From an uncultured Chloroflexia bacterium (GTDB taxonomy: Bacteria; Chloroflexota; Limnocylindria; Limnocylindrales; CSP1-4): a stretch of DNA of 64,000 nucleotides. Positions 57,886 to 64,000 of this stretch are shown here, piece by piece. The stretch's first letter is position 1; each line of letters opens with the position of its first letter. The stretch covers positions 1,216,001-1,280,000 of the forward strand of contig CAWEZH010000002.1 of NCBI GenBank assembly GCA_963813535.1, read 5' to 3'. Below the pieces are notes generated by a model. The model saw only the letters and a program-made list of their open reading frames with translations. It was not told the DNA's origin and made no database searches. A program made the position numbers and the translations under genes.

Positions 57886-58197
57886 ATGACCGACCCCACG
57901 CGTGACCCGGCAGCACCTGCGGATGGCGCCATGGACGACTTCGTCCAGTCGGCCAAGGATGCGGTCTCCGGCGTCGCGGATGCTGTCGGTGGTGCGGTGC
58001 ACGACACCGCCGGCGGCGCCGGCGGCGCGATCGATCAGGCCGGCGACGCGGCACAGGACATCGCCACAGACGCAGGCGCAACGGCGCAGGGCGCAGCTGC
58101 CAAGGCCGGCGACATCGCTCAGGACGCCGCGGGCTCCGCGCAGGAGGCTGCGGGCGGCTTCATGGGCTGGTTGCGCGGCCTCTTCGGCGGTCGCTGA
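57886..58197 (+). CDS. Ala/Gly/Asp-rich small protein (LEA/hydrophilin-like)
   Basis: GAGGT RBS; ~11-aa AGDAAQD-like repeats; amphipathic GFMGWLRGLFG end. Confidence 0.7.
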   Translation: MTDPTRDPAAPADGAMDDFVQSAKDAVSGVADAVGGAVHDTAGGAGGAIDQAGDAAQDIATDAGATAQGAAAKAGDIAQDAAGSAQEAAGGFMGWLRGLFGGR

Positions 58198-58231
58198 CCG
58201 GCCCTACTCCGACCCGGGCGGCTCGCCCCGG

Positions 58232-58451
58232 CCGGCGCGACGCCGGCATTCCTGAGTATCCGATGGGCCAGCGCGCGGTCCCCGGCCGCTGTGTCGTCCT
58301 CGAGCGGGAGTCGCTGCCCCGTATACGGCAGGTCGTCGAATCGGCCGTCATCCATGGCCTCGCGGATCTGCCGTTCGACCAACGTCTCTCGCACCCTCTC
58401 GCGCGACGGTTCGGTGGGGTCGGGGCGCTCGGGATCCCGTTCGAAACCCAT
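58232..58451 (-). pseudogene. Truncated DUF1992 (DnaJ-like, DJC28 domain) gene
   Basis: LVERQIREAMDDGRFDDLPYTGQRL...RILRNAGVAP, then homology is lost where PWI is expected. Confidence 0.75.
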
Positions 58452-58514
58452 GGCCCGAGCGTAGCGCAGGGCGCCGACAGGCAACCTGTCGCTGAGCGAG
58501 GCTAAGGTTTCGGC

Positions 58515-61500
58515 GTGCAGTCGATCGACGGACGACCCGTCTACGCCGCCACGGACCTGGTCGCCTATCTCGCCTGCGAGCACCTCACGGAGCTCGAACG
58601 CGCGGCGATGGCGGGCCTGGTGAAGCGGCCGATGCGTGCCGATCCCGAGCTCGACGTGATCCGCAAGCGCGGCTTCGAGCACGAGCAACGCTATCTCGGC
58701 GAGCTCGAGGCGGCCGGGCGGACGATCAGACGCATCGAGCTCGATGGCTCGATCGAGGACGATGGCACTCGACTCCGTGCTGCGGCCGACCAGACGATCG
58801 CGGCGATGGCCTCGGGCGTGGACGTCGTCTTCCAGGCGACGTTCTTCGACGGCACGTGGCGCGGTCACGCCGACTTCCTGCTCCGCGTCGACGATGTCGA
58901 CCGGCCGTCGGTCTGGGGCGATTTCCACTACGAGGTGGCGGACACCAAGCTGGCCCGACACGTCAAGGCGAGCGCGGTGCTCCAGATCTGCTCGTATGTC
59001 GACCAACTCGAGCGGATCCAGGGCGTGCGGCCCGAGTGGTTGCGTGTGGTGCTGGGCGGGTCGGCGCGGGCCGTCGAGCGGCTCCGGGTCGACGACTACA
59101 TGGCGTATTACCGGGGTGCACGCGATCGGTTCCTCGCCGCCGTCTCCGATGGCCGGCCCGTGGCGTACCCGCCACCCGAGACCTACCCCGAGCCCGTCGA
59201 TCATTGCGATGTCTGCCGGTGGGCCGCGGAATGCGCCCAGCGACGCAGGGACGACGATCACCTCAGCCTCGTCGCCGGGATCTCGGCGCGTCAGCGTCGC
59301 GCGCTCGGCGAGCGCGGGATCGCGACGCTCGAGGCCCTGGGCGACCTCGAGCTGCCGATGACCCCGCGGCTCGACGGGACGTCGGAGGGTGCCCTGACCC
59401 GGGTCCGGGAGCAGGCGCGCATCCAGCTGGAGGGCCGGCGCCAACGCCGGATGCGCTACGAGCTGCTGTTGCCGCCACCGGGCGAGCCGTACGAGGCCGA
59501 GCGCGGTCTCGCCTCGCTTCCGCCGCCGTCGCCCGGTGACCTCTTCTTCGACATCGAAGGGGACCCCTATGCGTTCGAAGACGGCCTCGACTACCTCTTC
59601 GGTGTCCTCGACGTCGACGGCCAATTCGAGGCCATCTGGTCGCGCGATCCCGACGGGGAGTTCACACTCCAGGCCGAACGCACGGCGTTCGAATCCTTGA
59701 TGGATCTCCTGATGGCGCGGCTCGATGCCGACCCGTCGATGCACGTCTACCACTACGCACCGTACGAGCCGACCGCGCTCAAGCGCCTGATGGGTCGCTA
59801 CGGGACGCGCGAAGCGGAGGTCGATCGACTGCTCCGCGAGGGTGTGCTGGTCGACCTGTTGCGCGGAGTCCGCCAATCCCTGCGGGCGTCGGTCGAGAGC
59901 TACTCGATCAAGAAGATGGAGGCCTTCTACGATTTCGAGCGCGAGGTCGACCTCCGCGATGCCGGCTCGAGCGTGGTGGCGTTCGAGACGTGGCTGGAGC
60001 TGGGCGAAGGGGAACGGCCCGAGACGGACATCCTCGAACGGATCCAGCGCTACAACCGCGACGACGTCGTGTCGAACCAGCGATTGCGCGACTGGTTGGA
60101 ACAACGGCGCGACGAGCTGATCGCCACCGGAATCGACGTGCCCCGCCCGGCACCTCGCGAGACGCCTCTGCCGGAGGACGTGACGGAGACGCAGGCACGC
60201 GTCGAGGCGCTGGCCGCACGTCTGATCGACCGGGACTATGTGCCCGGGGATGGCGACGAGCGACCGACACACGTCCATGCTCGCTGGCTCCTGGCACAGT
60301 TGCTGAGCTGGCATCGGCGCGAGGACAAGGCGATGTGGTGGGACTTCCATCGGCTGATGGACCTCACGCCCGAGCAGCTCGTCGACGAGTCGGATCCCAT
60401 CGGCCTCCTCGAGCCGGTCGCTGCGCTCGACGAGGAGGTGAAGGGCAAGCAGACGTGGCGGTACGCGTTCCCGCCACAGGATTTCGATCTGACGCGCGAG
60501 GTGTACGACCCTGCCCAGAAGCAGGCCCGACCGGATGACTCGCCGTTCCGCTGGGACGTCGGCGAGGTCGTCGCGCACGACATCGCCTCTGGCACCGTCG
60601 ACATCAAGCGTGACACGAGCAAGCCGCATCCGCGGGCGATCGTTCCGCTGCCGTGGGTCCGGGCCAAGGCGCACCAGGAACGGCTCATCGAGATCGGCGA
60701 GTGGGTCGCCGAGCACGGGATCGAAGGTCCCGGGGCACACCGCGCGATCCGCGAGCTCCTCCACGGCATGCCGCCACGCGCGGGCCAGTCGCCTGGTGAG
60801 TCCCTCGCCCGACCGGACGAGTCAAACGTCGAGGCCGCCCGACGGCTTGTGCTCGCTCTCGACCACTCGACGCTGGCGATCCAGGGCCCACCCGGGTCGG
60901 GCAAGACGTTCAGCGGTGCCCGGATGATCTGCACCCTGCTCGCTGCCGGAAAGCGGGTCGGCATCACCGGGACGAGTCACAAGGTTATCGGCAACCTGCT
61001 CGCGGAGGTGCTGCGTGCCGCCGTCGATGAGGGCATCGAGGTCCGCCCCGTCCAGCACGGCCAGCCGCACCAGCTGCTGGAAGACGAGCGGGTCGTCCGG
61101 GCCAAGGATGCCGACGACGTGCGCCATCGATTGGAGGACGGCCGCTCGAATCTCGCCGCGGGGACGTCATGGTTGTGGGCCTCGTCCAAGGTCGCCGATG
61201 GACTCGATGTGCTGTTCGTCGACGAGGCCGGCCAGATCTCGCTCGCCAACGTGGCTGCGATGTCGACGGCCACCGCGAGCATCGTCCTGCTGGGAGACCC
61301 GCAGCAGCTCGACCAGCCACTTCGCGGCTCGCACCCGCCCGGCGCCGAACGGTCGGCGCTCGCCCACGTCCTGGGCGGGGCAGCCACGATCGCCGCCGAT
61401 CGCGGCCTGTTCCTCGAACGGACGTGGCGGTTGCACCCGCGGCTGTGCGCCTTCACGTCCGAGGTCTTCTACGACGATCGGTTGGAGCCCGAACCGCACC

Positions 61501-62108
61501 TGGTCGCGCAGCGTGTCCGGAGCCCGCTCGACCTGGTCGACGGTGTCGGGCCGCGCGTGCTGCCACTCGCCACGGTCGGGGCGGACAGCGACTCGCCGGT
61601 CGAGGCGGCAGCGGTGGCCGACCTGGCGCGGTCGATCGTCGGCGGCTCGTGGACGGATGCCGCGGGCATGGCCCGGCCGCTCGAGTGGCGGGACATCCTG
61701 ATCGTCGCCCCGTACAACGCCCAGGTCGGCGCCATCCAGCGGCTGCTGCCGGCCGAGGCACGCGTCGGCACGGTCGACAAGTTCCAGGGGCAGGAGGCAC
61801 CGATCAGCATCTACTCCCTGACGACGTCTTCGCCCGAGCTGGCGCCGCGCGGCATGGACTTCCTCTACAGCCGGAACCGACTGAACGTCGCCACATCGAG
61901 GGCGCGCTGCGTGGCGATCGTCGTGGGCTCGCCGGACCTGTGGCGCGTGCGGGCCAGAACGCCCGCCCAGATGCGGCTCGCCAACGCCTTCTGCCGATTC
62001 GTCGAGCTCGCCGGCCACGTCGGCACCGGGCCAGCGCCCGGGGAGGATGCACTCGCCAGGGCGAGCGGCCGGGGCGACGTCGAGTACCTGACGCTCGACC
62101 TGGTCTGA
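58515..62108 (+). CDS. TM0106 family RecB-like nuclease / RNase H-like / SF1 helicase fusion
   Basis: ATDL...CEH, GHADFL..EVADTK, FFDIEGDP, YHYAPYE, YSIKKME, YNRDDV, QGPPGSGKT, VDEAGQ, GDPQQL, PYNAQ, TVDKFQGQE, NRLNVATSRA. Confidence 0.95.
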   Translation: MQSIDGRPVYAATDLVAYLACEHLTELERAAMAGLVKRPMRADPELDVIRKRGFEHEQRYLGELEAAGRTIRRIELDGSIEDDGTRLRAAADQTIAAMASGVDVVFQATFFDGTWRGHADFLLRVDDVDRPSVWGDFHYEVADTKLARHVKASAVLQICSYVDQLERIQGVRPEWLRVVLGGSARAVERLRVDDYMAYYRGARDRFLAAVSDGRPVAYPPPETYPEPVDHCDVCRWAAECAQRRRDDDHLSLVAGISARQRRALGERGIATLEALGDLELPMTPRLDGTSEGALTRVREQARIQLEGRRQRRMRYELLLPPPGEPYEAERGLASLPPPSPGDLFFDIEGDPYAFEDGLDYLFGVLDVDGQFEAIWSRDPDGEFTLQAERTAFESLMDLLMARLDADPSMHVYHYAPYEPTALKRLMGRYGTREAEVDRLLREGVLVDLLRGVRQSLRASVESYSIKKMEAFYDFEREVDLRDAGSSVVAFETWLELGEGERPETDILERIQRYNRDDVVSNQRLRDWLEQRRDELIATGIDVPRPAPRETPLPEDVTETQARVEALAARLIDRDYVPGDGDERPTHVHARWLLAQLLSWHRREDKAMWWDFHRLMDLTPEQLVDESDPIGLLEPVAALDEEVKGKQTWRYAFPPQDFDLTREVYDPAQKQARPDDSPFRWDVGEVVAHDIASGTVDIKRDTSKPHPRAIVPLPWVRAKAHQERLIEIGEWVAEHGIEGPGAHRAIRELLHGMPPRAGQSPGESLARPDESNVEAARRLVLALDHSTLAIQGPPGSGKTFSGARMICTLLAAGKRVGITGTSHKVIGNLLAEVLRAAVDEGIEVRPVQHGQPHQLLEDERVVRAKDADDVRHRLEDGRSNLAAGTSWLWASSKVADGLDVLFVDEAGQISLANVAAMSTATASIVLLGDPQQLDQPLRGSHPPGAERSALAHVLGGAATIAADRGLFLERTWRLHPRLCAFTSEVFYDDRLEPEPHLVAQRVRSPLDLVDGVGPRVLPLATVGADSDSPVEAAAVADLARSIVGGSWTDAAGMARPLEWRDILIVAPYNAQVGAIQRLLPAEARVGTVDKFQGQEAPISIYSLTTSSPELAPRGMDFLYSRNRLNVATSRARCVAIVVGSPDLWRVRARTPAQMRLANAFCRFVELAGHVGTGPAPGEDALARASGRGDVEYLTLDLV

Positions 62109-62133
62109 GTCGTCTCCCGTACCATCGGCCGTC

Positions 62134-63387
62134 ATGGTCGATGCCCGACAGCTGAGTCCCGCGGAACTCGAACGACTCCGCCGGCGCACGGTGGCGACCC
62201 TCATCGGTGGCGTGGCCCTTGGCAGCACCGGGCACATCGCAGCCGTGACGGTGGCGACGATCGTCGCCACGCACATCGCCGGCGGGACCACCATCTGGAG
62301 CGGGGCTCCGACGGCGACGGTCGTCCTCGGCGCTGCCGCCGGCGCGAGCGTCCTGTCGTGGCTGATGGTCCGTCGCGGGCGTCGGGCCGGACTGGCGACC
62401 GGCTACCTGGTAAGCGTGATCGGTGCCTTGATCGCTACGACCTCGGTCGTGATCCTGTCGCTGCCGTTGCTCTTGATCGGCACGGTGCTCATCGGCTTCG
62501 GGAACGCCTCGAACCAGCTGTCCCGCTACGTCGCGGCGGATCTCGCGCCGCCCGACAGGCGAGCATCGGCCATCGGGCTCGTCGTGTGGGGCGCGACCAT
62601 CGGGGCCGTCGCCGGGCCGAACCTCGCAGCACCCGCCGGCCAGGTCGCCGTGGCACTCGGACTCCCCGAGCTCAGCGGCCCATACCTCGTGCCGATCCTC
62701 TTCGTCGGTGCCGCTGCCGTCCTGTCGTTCGTGATGTTGCGACCCGATCCGTACGAGCTTGCCGATGTGTCGTCACGGCACGAGGACGCGGGCGAGCGAT
62801 CGGTCGCCGTCTCGCTGGCAAGCGTCCTCGCCCGCCCGAACGTGCCCGTCGCGATCGTCGCCCTGGTCGCGGGGCAATTCGTCATGGTGTTGATCATGAC
62901 GATGACCCCGCTCCACATGGCCGGCCATGGCCACGACCTGGCGGCTGTCGGGGTCGTCATCAGCGGCCATACCTTCGGGATGTTCGGGCTGTCACCGATC
63001 TCCGGCCGGCTGACCGATCGATTCGGGAGCGTCCCGGTCATCCTGGCCGGTCTCGGTGTGGTGGCGATCGCCTCGATCCTGGCCGCCGTGGCACCACCGT
63101 CGGGCGGCGTGCTGCTGTTTCTCGCGCTCTTCCTGCTGGGATACGGCTGGAACCTCGGGTACGTGGCGGGTTCGGCCCTCTTGACACACGGCCTGTCGCT
63201 CGCCGAGCGGACGCGCATCCAGGGATTGACCGACACGCTCATCTGGAGCTCGGCGGCGGTCGCGAGCCTGGGGTCTGGGATCGTCCTCGCGTACGCGGGC
63301 TACGCGATCCTGGGTCTCATGGGTGCTGCGCTGGTCATCGTGCCGGCCATGCTGGTCATGGCACGCCGCTCGGCCGTCACGGGCTAG
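62134..63387 (+). CDS. MFS transporter
   Basis: RRGRRAGL, RYVAADL, GRLTDRFG; about 12 TM segments. Confidence 0.93.
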   Translation: MVDARQLSPAELERLRRRTVATLIGGVALGSTGHIAAVTVATIVATHIAGGTTIWSGAPTATVVLGAAAGASVLSWLMVRRGRRAGLATGYLVSVIGALIATTSVVILSLPLLLIGTVLIGFGNASNQLSRYVAADLAPPDRRASAIGLVVWGATIGAVAGPNLAAPAGQVAVALGLPELSGPYLVPILFVGAAAVLSFVMLRPDPYELADVSSRHEDAGERSVAVSLASVLARPNVPVAIVALVAGQFVMVLIMTMTPLHMAGHGHDLAAVGVVISGHTFGMFGLSPISGRLTDRFGSVPVILAGLGVVAIASILAAVAPPSGGVLLFLALFLLGYGWNLGYVAGSALLTHGLSLAERTRIQGLTDTLIWSSAAVASLGSGIVLAYAGYAILGLMGAALVIVPAMLVMARRSAVTG

Positions 63388-64000
63388 CCCGGCAACGAGC
63401 CGCCGATCTCGCTGCGGACCCACTCGACCAGCACGAGCGCGCAGGTTTCGACCTCGTCGAGCGGGACGAACTCGTCGGCGCTGTGCGCGACCCGGACATC
63501 CCCCGGCCCGAAGATCACGCACGGCGTGTCGCCGTGGTTAATGAACATCTGCATGTCGGCGCCGTACGGCTCCCCGAGCAACGCCGGTCGGCGGCCCGTG
63601 ACACGTTCGGCTGCTGCTGCCAGACCGACCGGCAACGGATGATCCGACGGAACCCTTGCCGACCCGAACCGCCCGCCCGTGATCTCGACCGTCGCCGGGT
63701 GATCCCGTAGGAAATCGTCGCTCGGCGCACGCCGTATCGACGGCCGACCGGAGATCGGCCTCGGCCTCGGCCGGGGTCTGGCCGAGTCGCACGCCATACC
63801 GACCGTATGCCACGACGCGGTCGAGGACGGTCGATGCCCACTCCCCGCCCTCGACGATGCCGATGATCGTGGGATACGGGAGGCCGAGCGCCGTCATCAG
63901 CGGATCCGTCTCGGCATCGTTCCGCTGTCGCTCGTCTGCTTCGAGCGCCTGCGTGAGCACGAAGAGCTTGTCGAGCGCTGATACCCCTTCGCGACGCTGC
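63384..64000 (-). CDS. ArgE/DapE family M20 deacylase (5' part outside the window; frameshift near 63725)
   Basis: GGEWASTV, PYGADM, FGPGDVRVAHSADEFV. Confidence 0.9.

Noticed and set aside
58515-62108. TM0106 nuclease-helicase as a new defence system
   Set aside because: It is a known widespread fusion, here in a housekeeping context (MFS, ArgE) with no partner defence genes.

Overview
High-GC (~70% by eye) bacterial chromosomal window with an Actinobacteria-like gene repertoire (DUF3090, SCO1664, LAL regulators, many leaderless starts). A Chloroflexota (Limnocylindria-like) origin is plausible but is inference only. At least seven genes carry single-base frameshifts, which suggests long-read or MAG indel errors. 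Layout: (1) 1-14.5 kb is the right part of a probable genomic island ending at a duplicated tRNA-Gln(CTG) 3' half. It carries two LAL-type AAA-LuxR regulators, epoxide and alpha/beta hydrolases and a recurring ACCAGTG-N6/7-CGGGCGCGA upstream motif, including a duplicated promoter. (2) 14.6-17.7 kb is accessory cargo, including a BtrH-like gene with a structured leader. (3) 17.7-21.3 kb is a small-protein and PAS locus built on an unrecognised ~60-aa domain. (4) 21-33 kb holds membrane, lipoprotein and two-component genes. (5) msrA is followed by three diverged copies of its own last ~29 codons, which separate integrase-free cargo cassettes. (6) A TCS, a GH4/ABC/deacetylase/kinase amino-sugar cluster, PBP1A, a Mo-oxidoreductase, DUF3090-[insert]-SCO1664, a TM0106 nuclease-helicase, an MFS transporter and an ArgE/DapE enzyme follow. 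No rRNA, intact tRNA, CRISPR, transposase or integrase gene was seen. All family calls come from motif recognition by eye, not database searches.
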